Origin: a virus
Lineage: Duplodnaviria > Caudoviricetes
Strand: one strand, 5' to 3'
IMG/VR virus record: IMGVR_UViG_3300024520_000069
Location: 930-64,929 of that record
DNA length: 64,000 nucleotides
The notes beneath the pieces are model-generated. The model was not told the DNA's origin. It saw nothing but the letters and a program-made list of their open reading frames with translations, and searched no databases. The stretch's first letter is position 1; each line of letters begins with the position of its first letter. The translations under genes and the position numbers were made by a program. Of this stretch, positions 1-9,384 are shown piece after piece.

Positions 1-336
1 ACCAACTGCTATGACTGCTCTGACTGCCACGACTGCCACGACTGCTATGACTGCTATAACTGCCACGACTGCCACGACTGCCACGACTGCGAATACTGCG
101 ATTTGCGGATATATCATGTCGCTGTCCCTGTGGTGGACCTGCGCGGCTATACATGGCTGGCTATCTACGAAAACGACGAGTGGCGTATTCGTGCGGGATG
201 TCGCAATTTCTCGATCCCTGAAGCACAGGAGCACTGGACCGCAGATGATTACGACGGCCCTGACAGCGTAAAAGCAACCATCGATAACGCACTGGACTGG
301 GTGTTGGAACAGGACACATCAAGGAGGACATCATGA
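1..336 (+). CDS. 5'-truncated Cys-x-x repeat protein with GCRNF C-terminal domain; paralog of 63308-63970
   Basis: Frame 1 from base 1 reads TNCYDCSDCHDCHDCYDCYNCHDC...CDLRIYHVAVPVVDLRGYTWLAIYENDEWRIRAGCRNF; the 3' part is nearly identical in DNA to 63721-63925. Confidence 0.9.
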   Translation, partial: TNCYDCSDCHDCHDCYDCYNCHDCHDCHDCEYCDLRIYHVAVPVVDLRGYTWLAIYENDEWRIRAGCRNFSIPEAQEHWTADDYDGPDSVKATIDNALDWVLEQDTSRRTS

Positions 337-791
337 CAAGCAAACAGGAACTGGCTGACAGACTCAGCCACTTCGCCATCAGTGACGGCTATAGCAGCAT
401 CGGTGCTTGGAAGGTCCGCGAGATCATCGAAGCCCTGTTACATGAAGAGGACAAGGGTTTTGACGCCGGTGCCCACCTCAAGGCTGGGGGCAAGGTGACA
501 TATCCCAGTCTGGAAGGATACATGATGATTGTTGGCGAAAAAGTGAGCGTCTTTAATAGGCAGGGCGAGTGGCAACATCGTGCCGATGCCTCTGACCTCC
601 TGCGGGATGACCTTAAGCCTTACGAGGAACCTGCCCGTGAAAGGGGTTGGTACTGGTGTGGTTACGGGGGTGACCGCCGCCCCTTGTGGTGGAACGGGGC
701 AGACTGGCGGCTAGCCCCCGACGGACAGTACACGCTGAATAGCAACGTTACCAACATCAACCCCCAACGTATCGTGGAGGATATGTCATGA
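333..791 (+). CDS. Hypothetical protein, paralog of 62862-63311
   Basis: Shares AHLKAGGKVTYP, LRDDLKPYEEPxRERGWYWC and NPxRIVEDM blocks; GGAGG RBS with ATGA overlap. Confidence 0.85.
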   Translation: MTSKQELADRLSHFAISDGYSSIGAWKVREIIEALLHEEDKGFDAGAHLKAGGKVTYPSLEGYMMIVGEKVSVFNRQGEWQHRADASDLLRDDLKPYEEPARERGWYWCGYGGDRRPLWWNGADWRLAPDGQYTLNSNVTNINPQRIVEDMS

Positions 792-988
792 CGCATCCGG
801 TATTAAGAACAGTTTGGACCGACATCACAAAGTTTGTAAGTGGGCTGGTTGCCATAATTATCCTAGGCATTGCGTTCTTTGCCCCACTAATAGTGGCCAC
901 CCTCACAGACAACCATTACTGGCTGGGTCTGTATATAGGGTACGCCCTGCTCATCTGGCTCATGACGTTATATCGTCGCACATATTGA
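788..988 (+). CDS. Small membrane protein (2 TM)
   Basis: Two hydrophobic stretches, RBS, ATGA overlap. Confidence 0.7.
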   Translation: MTHPVLRTVWTDITKFVSGLVAIIILGIAFFAPLIVATLTDNHYWLGLYIGYALLIWLMTLYRRTY

Positions 989-998
989 GGACAGTATC

Positions 999-1211
999 AT
1001 GAATGAACTTGAAGCCCTGCGGGCAGTGATCATAAGTTACGAAACCGCTTATCCAGTCATGGCGTTCCCTGAACTGGACGATGATGAATGGGCTTACATC
1101 CACGAACGTATCGGCAAGTCGATGACCTCAAGGCTTCACGCAAGCTGGGGGCGGCACATCATCCAGTCCATTATGAGAATGGCAAAGGAGAACGAAGATG
1201 AGGGCACTTGA
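999..1211 (+). CDS. Hypothetical protein
   Basis: GAGG RBS, tight packing. Confidence 0.7.
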   Translation: MNELEALRAVIISYETAYPVMAFPELDDDEWAYIHERIGKSMTSRLHASWGRHIIQSIMRMAKENEDEGT

Positions 1212-1692
1212 TCTTAGCCGGGAACTGACCCGGAAAATTGTTGAGCTTGAGATGGAAATCGAACGCCTCAAAGCTGATCGCTCTGCCGATCATGTAGTGG
1301 TAGACCCCCGCTGCGACAAAGGTATGCACTGCTACAGCCGCAGCATGAACCAGCCGTATCCTCGCCTCTGCACACGTTGCAGGGAGCCGGAACCAGAGCG
1401 CAAGGGCAGGATCAGTCGTCGGCCTATGCCAGCCGGTGATGGACTGACGAAGTTCAATATGCGGACAAGCCACGAAGAGAGTGACAGGTACGGGCAATCT
1501 GTTGTGGCCGATGCCGAACAACTGATGCAGGACCAGTTTGCCAAGAACACGGCGGCACTGGTGGAAGAGAACACTCAGCTACGTTTGTCCCTGCGGGAGA
1601 TGCTGGTGCAAGCCAACGCCCACCCTGCTGGTGTAGGACACTGGGAACAGCGGCACCGTGCGCAGGAGTTACTTGGGGAGGAAGTGGGATGA
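1198..1692 (+). CDS. Hypothetical protein with coiled coils and central Cys/His cluster
   Basis: CDKGMHC...CTRC; overlaps both neighbours. Confidence 0.7.
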   Translation: MRALDLSRELTRKIVELEMEIERLKADRSADHVVVDPRCDKGMHCYSRSMNQPYPRLCTRCREPEPERKGRISRRPMPAGDGLTKFNMRTSHEESDRYGQSVVADAEQLMQDQFAKNTAALVEENTQLRLSLREMLVQANAHPAGVGHWEQRHRAQELLGEEVG

Positions 1693-1925
1693 CTGACATT
1701 GTAGAGAGGTTACGACTGTCGTGGGCTACAGATATGTCGATCATCTCGCAAACAGACAAATGGATGCGTGAGCGAAGAGAAGCCGCTGACGAGATCACCC
1801 ATCTCCGCAAGGTGGCGGACGTGTTGTCTACCGAGCTTACCATGGCAGAAGAGGAACTGGCGTGTGCGGAAGATGAGATCACCCGCCTCAATACCCAGAT
1901 GCGTGAGTTGGAGGACAAGACATGA
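1689..1925 (+). CDS. Hypothetical coiled-coil protein (MTDIVERLR...EAADEI type)
   Basis: Common phage small-gene motif; ATGA overlap. Confidence 0.75.
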   Translation: MTDIVERLRLSWATDMSIISQTDKWMRERREAADEITHLRKVADVLSTELTMAEEELACAEDEITRLNTQMRELEDKT

Positions 1926-2131
1926 GCTAGAGGACCAAGACATTCCTTGTCTACCCGCCTGACCATGAGCCTCTGACGGGCACTCATGTTATCTGCGAGA
2001 GCAAGGGCGCTGCGAACAAGGTCGCGCAGAGATTGGGGCCGGGGGCCGAGATACACGAAAGTCTGAGCGAGAAACGACCCAATGGTGGGCACGCTTATTA
2101 CACTGAGAGGGTATGGACGCTACATGACTGA
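1922..2131 (+). pseudogene. Gene with in-frame amber codon at codon 3
   Basis: GGAGG RBS, then ATG AGC TAG, then 66 open codons (RTKTFLVYPPDH...VWTLHD) ending at TGA 2129-2131, overlapping the next start. Confidence 0.7.
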
Positions 2132-2324
2132 TAAGACATACAACGATGGCTACCTTAAAGGACTTGATGATGCTGTACAAATATGTGTGAGGCTACGTGA
2201 CATATACCTCAGTGAAAAGTATGCGGTAGATCAACCCATGTCTTCTTTCTCTGAGAGGTTTGCTTTAGGTGAAGTTAAGCATGAGCTATCCAAGCTACAT
2301 GCCATGGCTATAACGGAGGATTGA
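2124..2324 (+). CDS. Hypothetical protein (MTDKTYNDGYLKG...)
   Basis: ATG 2124 after GAGG; open to 2324. Confidence 0.7.
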   Translation: MTDKTYNDGYLKGLDDAVQICVRLRDIYLSEKYAVDQPMSSFSERFALGEVKHELSKLHAMAITED

Positions 2325-2328
2325 TATT

Positions 2329-2436
2329 ATGGATGACATAGCTTTAGCAATTGTTATATGTTGTATCTTATTTATAGGAGAACCTGATATGTATGACTTG
2401 ATTATGAAAGCATTAGAAAAGGCAGCAGCACAATGA
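2329..2436 (+). CDS. Small membrane protein, 35 aa (MDDIALAIVICCILFIGEPDMYD...)
   Basis: GGAGG RBS; below the ORF-track cut-off; ATGA overlap with next gene. Confidence 0.65.
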   Translation: MDDIALAIVICCILFIGEPDMYDLIMKALEKAAAQ

Positions 2437-2618
2437 GCGATGAACCTGCACACATGTTCCAATACTGGCTTGAGAAGTATGACCGTCCAGAGGCGTTGGA
2501 AGCATACTTCCCAGAGACCTTAGCATCTTCACCAGAACTTCAAGCAGCTTTAGCTATGTATAATAATTCAACTCTATTAATTGACACGATTATGGAAAGG
2601 TTGTCAGATGAAGTATGA
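2433..2618 (+). CDS. Hypothetical protein
   Basis: ORF track, gene packing. Confidence 0.6.
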   Translation: MSDEPAHMFQYWLEKYDRPEALEAYFPETLASSPELQAALAMYNNSTLLIDTIMERLSDEV

Positions 2619-4269
2619 TCTGAGTACACACAAGACTGATAGTAAGCCTACAACACGAGGCAAGTGTAATAACTGTAGCACTGATCACGGCAACGTCACC
2701 TATAGTGATGGACATACTTACTGCTTTAACTGTACCTCATTCGTTAGTGGTGATGGTACTACCCCTATGACTGTACAGACTACCCCAACCCATGGTGGAC
2801 GCCTCACTAAAGGTGATACATATGGTGCCATCCCTGACAGATACCTTAAGGACACTACTACTAAGAAGTATGGTGTGACCACTGAGGTAGTGGGAGGTAA
2901 GACTACCAAGCATTGGTATCCATACCACACAGACAACGGTTCCCTCATTGCTAATAAGGTTAGGCAGTGTGCTGATAAGAACTTCTTCATTGAAGGTGAC
3001 ATGGGTAGGGCAACCCTGTTTGGACAACACCTGTTTCCCAAGGGTGGGTTGTTCGTCACCTTATATGAAGGTGAAGTTGATGCCATGTCAGGGTATCAGT
3101 TGACCGGATCGAAGTACGCTTCTGTGTCTGTCCGTAACGGTAGCAGCGGTGCTGTTAAAGATGTGAAGATGAACTTCGAATACCTTGACAGCTTTGAGAC
3201 TGTGGTTATCTGCTTCGATAATGATGAGGCTGGTAAGAAGGCAGAGGCAAAGGTTGCATCCCTGTTCTCCCCTAACAAATGTAAGATCGTTAGGCTTGAC
3301 CTTAAGGATGCTAACGAGTACCTCAAGGCTGGTAAGTTTGAAGACTTCACTAAGGCATGGTGGGCTGCATCAGTGTACACACCGGCTGGGATCATTAACC
3401 TTGCCGACATTGGTGATGCCCTATTCAACGAAGACAACCAGACCACTGTCCTGTATCCATGGGATGGTATGAATACCATGCTCTATGGGCTACGTACTGG
3501 TGAGCTTGTCACACTCACGGCAGGTACTGGGACTGGTAAGTCATCAGTACTTAGGGAACTACAACACCACTTCATGAAGGTGTGTGATGATAACATTGGT
3601 GTCCTTGCCCTTGAGGAGAACATTAACCAGACATGCTGGCACATCATGAGTGTTGAGGCTAACGCACGTCTTAACATTAAAGAGATACGTGACAAGTTCC
3701 CAAAGGATGAGCTTAAAGAGTATCAAAAGAAGACTGTGGGTGGTGGTAAGTTCTTTGGCTTCGATCACTTCGGCTCATTGGACAACGATGAAATCCTGTC
3801 ACGTATCCGGTACATGATTAAGGCATTAGGGTGCCGCTGGATTTTTTTAGATCACTTATCTATTCTTGTGTCTGGACAGGAAGGCGGTGATGAACGGAGG
3901 TCTATTGATATTCTAATGACAAGACTTCGTAGTATGGTTGAAGAAACCCAATGTGGCATGGTGCTGGTATCTCATCTGAAGCGTACCAGTACTGATAAAG
4001 GAGCCGAAGACGGTAAAGAGATTTCTATTGGGCATCTTAGAGGATCACAATCAATTGCACAGCTTAGTGATGCTGTCATTGCAATGGAGCGTCAACAACA
4101 AGCTGCTACTGAGAAGGAAGCCAACACTACGACCATGCGTATCTTGAAAAACAGATACTCAGGAATGGGAGGAGTAGCTACTTACTTAGGATACGATAAG
4201 GATACAGGAAGACTATATGAAACTGTCTTAGAAGACGAGGATGATGAGTTCACTGTGTTTGACGGTTAA
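2608..4269 (+). CDS. T7 gp4-like primase-helicase
   Basis: Zn finger CNNC..CFNC, TOPRIM EGEVDA and FDND, Walker A GTGTGKS, LDHL, HLRGSQSIAQLSD, KNR. Confidence 0.97.
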   Translation: MKYDLSTHKTDSKPTTRGKCNNCSTDHGNVTYSDGHTYCFNCTSFVSGDGTTPMTVQTTPTHGGRLTKGDTYGAIPDRYLKDTTTKKYGVTTEVVGGKTTKHWYPYHTDNGSLIANKVRQCADKNFFIEGDMGRATLFGQHLFPKGGLFVTLYEGEVDAMSGYQLTGSKYASVSVRNGSSGAVKDVKMNFEYLDSFETVVICFDNDEAGKKAEAKVASLFSPNKCKIVRLDLKDANEYLKAGKFEDFTKAWWAASVYTPAGIINLADIGDALFNEDNQTTVLYPWDGMNTMLYGLRTGELVTLTAGTGTGKSSVLRELQHHFMKVCDDNIGVLALEENINQTCWHIMSVEANARLNIKEIRDKFPKDELKEYQKKTVGGGKFFGFDHFGSLDNDEILSRIRYMIKALGCRWIFLDHLSILVSGQEGGDERRSIDILMTRLRSMVEETQCGMVLVSHLKRTSTDKGAEDGKEISIGHLRGSQSIAQLSDAVIAMERQQQAATEKEANTTTMRILKNRYSGMGGVATYLGYDKDTGRLYETVLEDEDDEFTVFDG

Positions 4270-4308
4270 GTCTTGTGTATGATCGTGGAGTATAGTATAT
4301 TATATTTC

Positions 4309-4887
4309 ATGATCATTCATTGCTATAAGTGTAACAAAGATTTAGATAAGGGAGCTTTCTCCTTAAGTCAAATCAATCACCATCTTTCTACAGATAATGC
4401 TGTTATGTGTAGCTCTTGTAATACTGCTAGGTGTGCTGCCTATCGGAGTAAGAAAGATAATACTGATAAGATTAGAAAGAAAAGTAAGGAGTACTATTAT
4501 AGAAATAGAGATAGGATTCTTAAGCAGAAGAAAGAGTACTCTAAAGAATACATATCTGATCAGCGTGTAAATTACTATGCTAATAACTTAGAAAAAAGAA
4601 TGGTATGGTCAGCTAGAGGAAGGGCAAAGAAGAAGGGCATTGAGTTTAAGTTAAGTCCTAGTGACATAGTTATACCAGAAATGTGTCCTCTTTTAAATAT
4701 TCCTTTACGTAAAGGGGTAGGTCGGATTGAGGAGGGATCACCTTCGCTTGATAGGATTGATCCGACTAAAGGATATGTTCCTGAGAATGTACAAGTTATC
4801 TCTAGTAAAGCTAACACTATGAAATCTAATGCTACTCTAAAAGAGTTAGAGTTGTTAGTTAAGAACATGAAGAAGTTACAGAATTGA
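4309..4887 (+). CDS. Free-standing HNH-type homing endonuclease
   Basis: CPLL...PSLDRIDPTKGYVPENVQVISSKANTMK; AT-rich relative to flanks. Confidence 0.85.
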   Translation: MIIHCYKCNKDLDKGAFSLSQINHHLSTDNAVMCSSCNTARCAAYRSKKDNTDKIRKKSKEYYYRNRDRILKQKKEYSKEYISDQRVNYYANNLEKRMVWSARGRAKKKGIEFKLSPSDIVIPEMCPLLNIPLRKGVGRIEEGSPSLDRIDPTKGYVPENVQVISSKANTMKSNATLKELELLVKNMKKLQN

Positions 4888-4891
4888 AAAC

Positions 4892-4967
4892 AGGCATCTA
4901 GTTTAATTGGTAGAACTTGCTGCTCATAACAGTGAAGGTATCGGTTCGAGTCCGGTGGTGCCTACCA
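4892..4967 (+). tRNA. tRNA with CAT anticodon (elongator Met or Ile2)
   Basis: AGGCATC/GGTGCCT acceptor stem, D arm, CTCATAA loop, GGTTCGAGTCC T arm, encoded CCA; 76 nt. Confidence 0.9.
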
Positions 4968-4994
4968 CACACATACATAAAGGAGTAATATGAC

Positions 4995-5177
4995 ATGCAA
5001 TGCACTAACTGTGGTGAACATTCTGATGGTGACATAAGCCTTGAAGACATGCCCAACGAGAGATACATGCCGTACTGTCCCAACTGTAGGACTGAGCACT
5101 ACACCGCCCTGCCACGATCAGTACCTAAGACGTTTGAGTTAATGCTGGAACGTATTAAGGCGTTAGAAAAGGAGTAA
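4995..5177 (+). CDS. Small zinc-ribbon protein
   Basis: CTNC...CPNC; AGGAG RBS. Confidence 0.75.
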   Translation: MQCTNCGEHSDGDISLEDMPNERYMPYCPNCRTEHYTALPRSVPKTFELMLERIKALEKE

Positions 5178-5183
5178 CACAAC

Positions 5184-6911
5184 ATGGAAGTATCATGTGA
5201 CATTGAGACTGACAGCCTACACCCTACCTTAGTACACTGCATCTCATGTGTTGACCTTGATACAGGGGATGTAGATGAGTTCCGTCAAGAAGAATGCTAT
5301 ACCCTATTCCCTAAGTATGCTAAGAAAGTTACCAAGTGGGTATTCCATAATGGTATAGGCTACGACACACCAGCCATTGCCAGACTGCTTAAGGTTCACA
5401 TCCCCCTCAGTATACAGGAGGACACTATGGTTATGTCTCAGCTTGCTGAGCCTGACATGAAAGGTGGTCACTCCCTTGCCGCATATGGTGAGAGGTTTAA
5501 GGATGCGAAGCTGGAGCATGAGGACTGGTCAGTGTTCACCGAGGACATGATGAGGCGCTGCACACAGGATGCTAAGCTCACCGTTAAAGTTTATAAGTAC
5601 CTACGTAAGAAGCTGAAGAAGTTCAGTAGATCATCACTTGAGCTTGAGTACCGTGTCAAGGCTATCGTCACACAACAGGAGTTCAATGGCTGGCCCTTCG
5701 ATGTACGTGGGGCAGACATACTTGTGGCCCAGCTTGAGGCTAAGAAGTTTAATCTGGAGGCAGAGGTACATGATGCTTTTAAACCCCTGCCAGACTTTAA
5801 CAGGGTTGTCACACCTAAACGTACCAAGTCTGGTGAGTGGGGTAAGGCACAGATCAAGTGTTTAGGCCATACCCATATGGGCTATGTTGATGGGGTGTTC
5901 TCCCTCATTGACTGGCCTGAGTTTAACCTAGCCTCACGTCAACAGATAGCCAAGCACCTCATCCACCATGGTTGGAAGCCTAAGAAGAAGACTGATAAGG
6001 GTAGCATCATCGTTGATGAGGCAGTCCTTGAGGGTGTGGATATACCGCAGGCCCAGCTAATCATGGAGTATATGATGCTGGGTAAGAGGATCACACAGAT
6101 CAACTCATGGATCAAGGCAACTAAGAATGGTAAGGTATATGGATCAGTGATAACCATTGGTGCCATATCTAATCGTATGGCCCATCACTCACCTAACTTG
6201 GGTCAAGTACCTGCAACATATTCACCATATGGTAAGGAATGCCGTAGCCTATTCACATCAGGACTGGATGAAGACTATGTGTTGTTCGGCACTGACGCAT
6301 CAGGCTTGGAGTTGAGATGCCTTGCCCACTACATGAACGATCCTGAATATACTGAGGAAATTCTTAGTGGTGACATTCATATTAAAGTAAAGGAAGCTCT
6401 AGGGTTATCAACACGGGATGAGGCTAAGACATTTTCATATGCTGTATTATACGGCGCTGGTGCTGGTAAGATTGGAGAGATTGTGGGTAAGGGCTCTAGT
6501 GCTGGTAAGAAAATGATTGCTGATTATGTTGAGATGATCCCAGCTTATGGTGTTTTAAAAGATAGGGTAGCTAAAGCAGCAAAGAAGCCTCAGATAGTTG
6601 GCCTTGACGGGAGACTGTTAAAGATTAGATCACCACATAGTGCCCTCAACCAATTACTACAGAGTGCTGGTGCTATCATCTGTAAACAATGGTTAGTAGA
6701 GCTTACTAAACTATATAGAAAAGCAAAGCTTGATGTTACTCTGGTAGGATCGATCCATGATGAGTATGCTATGATAGTTCATAAAGATGATGTAGATAAG
6801 TTGAAGCTAATTGCTAAACAAGCAATTGATAAGTCTGAAGAAATATTAAAAGTAAAATGCCCTTTAGATTGTGATTCTAAAGTAGGTAAGAACTGGTCTG
6901 AGACTCATTAA
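5184..6911 (+). CDS. polA: DNA polymerase family A with 3'-5' exonuclease (T7 gp5-like, Tyr762 type)
   Basis: DIET, HNGIGYD, motif A DASGLELR, motif B RDEAKTFSYAVLYG, motif C IHDE. Confidence 0.97.
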   Translation: MEVSCDIETDSLHPTLVHCISCVDLDTGDVDEFRQEECYTLFPKYAKKVTKWVFHNGIGYDTPAIARLLKVHIPLSIQEDTMVMSQLAEPDMKGGHSLAAYGERFKDAKLEHEDWSVFTEDMMRRCTQDAKLTVKVYKYLRKKLKKFSRSSLELEYRVKAIVTQQEFNGWPFDVRGADILVAQLEAKKFNLEAEVHDAFKPLPDFNRVVTPKRTKSGEWGKAQIKCLGHTHMGYVDGVFSLIDWPEFNLASRQQIAKHLIHHGWKPKKKTDKGSIIVDEAVLEGVDIPQAQLIMEYMMLGKRITQINSWIKATKNGKVYGSVITIGAISNRMAHHSPNLGQVPATYSPYGKECRSLFTSGLDEDYVLFGTDASGLELRCLAHYMNDPEYTEEILSGDIHIKVKEALGLSTRDEAKTFSYAVLYGAGAGKIGEIVGKGSSAGKKMIADYVEMIPAYGVLKDRVAKAAKKPQIVGLDGRLLKIRSPHSALNQLLQSAGAIICKQWLVELTKLYRKAKLDVTLVGSIHDEYAMIVHKDDVDKLKLIAKQAIDKSEEILKVKCPLDCDSKVGKNWSETH

Positions 6912-6960
6912 CTTGTAAACCTATTCCTCGTATGTTAATTTATTAATTGGAGGTTTAGTT

Positions 6961-7401
6961 ATGGATACACAGATTAAGTATAAGCAGCAGAACAAATTAA
7001 AGACAGAACAAACTGCTCATCCAACAAAATATCCACAGGGACATTTTAAAGATAAGCCCTGCGGTATATGTGATGTCATGTACTCCCCTCAAGCTCCGAG
7101 TAGTAAGTACTGCTCTGATACTTGCGCCCATACAGCACTCACTTCAAGATACTTAGAACGTACATACAATATAGACTACAAGAAATATATAGATATGTAT
7201 GATACACAGGAAGGTAAGTGTGCTATATGTGGTGGTGATGGGTTCACTATGGCTGAACATCATAAGTTAAAATTAGTAGTAGACCATTGTCATGCTACTG
7301 GTAAAGTCAGGGGATTGTTATGTCATAACTGTAATAGAGGGCTTGGTCTTTTTAAAGACAGTAAAGAAAGTTTATCAGCAGCCCTAAACTATTTACATTA
7401 A
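6961..7401 (+). CDS. Endonuclease VII-like HNH nuclease, probably homing
   Basis: QEGKCAIC...VDHCHATGKVRGLLCHNCNRGLG. Confidence 0.9.
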   Translation: MDTQIKYKQQNKLKTEQTAHPTKYPQGHFKDKPCGICDVMYSPQAPSSKYCSDTCAHTALTSRYLERTYNIDYKKYIDMYDTQEGKCAICGGDGFTMAEHHKLKLVVDHCHATGKVRGLLCHNCNRGLGLFKDSKESLSAALNYLH

Positions 7402-7406
7402 TGGGC

Positions 7407-7434
7407 TTGACATGCCTGAGAATATCTATATAAT
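7407..7434 (+). promoter_or_regulatory. sigma70-type promoter upstream of SSB
   Basis: TTGACA-16nt-TATAAT. Confidence 0.8.
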
Positions 7435-7504
7435 CACTAAATGAAACGGGCAGGATAGTCTGTCCACATATTTGAAACGACTACCAGAAAGGAACATACC
7501 TATT

Positions 7505-7966
7505 ATGACAATCATCAACGGAACTGCACACTGGGCTTCTATCACCTCACCTAACACTACCTTTGAACCGACGTGGCAGATTGATGTGTCACTTGATAAG
7601 GCTAATAAGGCTAAGGTTGTGGCTGATGGACTTAAGGTTAAGAACAAGGGAGATGACCGTGGAGACTTCGTATCCCTGAAGCGTAGGACTCATCGTAAAG
7701 ATGGCAAGGATAATCAGGCACCTACCCTGATTGATAAGAAGAAGCGCCCCCTTAATGTACTCGTAGGTAATGGGAGTATTGTTAATGTTAAGTATGCCGT
7801 GTTTGAGTATAACAATCAGTTTGGTTCTGGCATTGGTGCTGACCTGAAGGCTGTGCAGGTACTTGAACTGGTAGAGTATGGTGATGATGAGGACTTCGAT
7901 GACCTCTCAGACGATGATGCCGGTGATGATGATGACTTCGATGATATCCCACTCGCCGCTGAATAA
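7505..7966 (+). CDS. ssb: Single-stranded DNA-binding protein (gp2.5-like)
   Basis: VGNGSIVNV, LKAVQVLELVEY, acidic C-terminal tail; position in replication module. Confidence 0.88.
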   Translation: MTIINGTAHWASITSPNTTFEPTWQIDVSLDKANKAKVVADGLKVKNKGDDRGDFVSLKRRTHRKDGKDNQAPTLIDKKKRPLNVLVGNGSIVNVKYAVFEYNNQFGSGIGADLKAVQVLELVEYGDDEDFDDLSDDDAGDDDDFDDIPLAAE

Positions 7967-7996
7967 CTAAGGTAATATAACAGGTGGCGTAACCTC

Positions 7997-8065
7997 ATGG
8001 GCCACATGTGTGTGTATATGTGTAGTTCTTTAACACAATACATATGTGTGTGGCCCATATTTTTG
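7997..8065 (+). terminator. Long hairpin (terminator or RNase III site)
   Basis: ATGGGCCACATGTGTGTGTAT ... ATACATATGTGTGTGGCCCAT followed by ATTTTT. Confidence 0.55.
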
Positions 8066-8079
8066 AAAGGACATCTACG

Positions 8080-8910
8080 ATGAAACAAATAGACACAGTA
8101 GTGGAGGACATATACGATGTTTTTTATAATGGGACTTGTCCTGATGACGATACTCTTGATAGTCATGTATCTGCTATACGAAGGGCTATTGTACGTCAGA
8201 TCACGGAAGTTAGGGAAGGCCCACAAAACCTCCGACTCTCCCAAATAGGGAAGCCTAACCGTGTCACATGGTATGACCTACAGGACATGGAGAGGAAGCA
8301 GCTTGATGCTACTACAAGGATTAAGTTCCTGTTCGGTGACATCATTGAGGAATTAATCTTGCTGTTGGTTAAGACGGCTGGACATAAGGTGACAGATGAA
8401 CAGAAAGAAGTATGCGTTGAAGGTGTCTTGGGACACATGGATGCTAAGATTGATGGTGTCATATGTGACATTAAAAGTGCGAGTCCTTTTGGCTTTAAGA
8501 AGTTTGCGGACAATAACGTAGGTGCTGACGATGCCTTCGGATATATCCCACAGGTATCATCCTATGCTGAGGCAGAGGGTGAGGATAGGGCAACCTTCCT
8601 TGCCATGAACAAGGTGACAGGTGAGCTTGCCTTGGCTGATGTGCATAGCATGGAGATGATCAACGCCTCTGACAGGGTTAAAGAGTTGAAGGCTATGGAT
8701 ACCCTACCTGAACGCTGCCATAGTGATGTCCCTGATGGTGCTAGTGGTAACCGTACCTTGGACAAGGCATGTGGCTGGTGTGATTATAAGGAAGGGTGCT
8801 GGGCTGACATCAATGATGGGATAGGCTTACGTAAGTTCCAGTACTCTACGTACGTTAAGTACTACACCCACATCAGTAAACAACCCAGAGTACCGGAGAT
8901 TACTACATGA
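8080..8910 (+). CDS. PD-(D/E)XK exonuclease (Cas4-like)
   Basis: LRLSQIG, GHMDAKIDGVICDIKS, QVSSY, CGWCDYKEGC. Confidence 0.85.
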   Translation: MKQIDTVVEDIYDVFYNGTCPDDDTLDSHVSAIRRAIVRQITEVREGPQNLRLSQIGKPNRVTWYDLQDMERKQLDATTRIKFLFGDIIEELILLLVKTAGHKVTDEQKEVCVEGVLGHMDAKIDGVICDIKSASPFGFKKFADNNVGADDAFGYIPQVSSYAEAEGEDRATFLAMNKVTGELALADVHSMEMINASDRVKELKAMDTLPERCHSDVPDGASGNRTLDKACGWCDYKEGCWADINDGIGLRKFQYSTYVKYYTHISKQPRVPEITT

Positions 8911-9383
8911 TTGAAGTACCCATCACAGAGGACATGATCATCAAGGCCAAGCGTATGGCTGATGGGATGGGTGTCTTGAAGGCAAGCATCATGCAAGGCA
9001 AGGGTAACCTATATGGTTTCTTGGGTGAGCTTATCTATCTTGAGGCATGTGGGGGTAAACACCTCAACACATATGATTATGATATCGTAATGGATGATGG
9101 GACTAAGGTGGATGTGAAGACTAAGAAGACATCTGCTGTACCTAAGCCTCATTACGATGCTTCAATAAGTAACCATAACCTTAAGCAAGCCTGTGATATC
9201 TACGGGTTCTGTAGGGTTAAGGATGACCTCAGCGTTGGCTGGGTCTTAGGCAACAAATCAAAAGTGTCCTTCTTTGATGGGGCAAGATTTGTTAAACGTG
9301 GAGAATATGACCCATCAAATGGGTTCAAGGCTAGGTCTGACCATTGGTCTATGCCTATTAAGGAGCTTGATCAAGTAAGTTAA
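8907..9383 (+). CDS. PD-(D/E)XK-like nuclease-fold protein
   Basis: GFLGE...YDIV...VDVKTK. Confidence 0.6.
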   Translation: MIEVPITEDMIIKAKRMADGMGVLKASIMQGKGNLYGFLGELIYLEACGGKHLNTYDYDIVMDDGTKVDVKTKKTSAVPKPHYDASISNHNLKQACDIYGFCRVKDDLSVGWVLGNKSKVSFFDGARFVKRGEYDPSNGFKARSDHWSMPIKELDQVS

Positions 9384-9384
9384 C

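Noticed and set aside
1928-1930. Genome-wide TAG reassignment
   Set aside because: Core genes are intact in the standard code, TAG ends several genes cleanly, and no suppressor tRNA was seen
5184-7401. Group I intron in polA or the helicase
   Set aside because: Both ORFs are continuous; the endonucleases lie outside them
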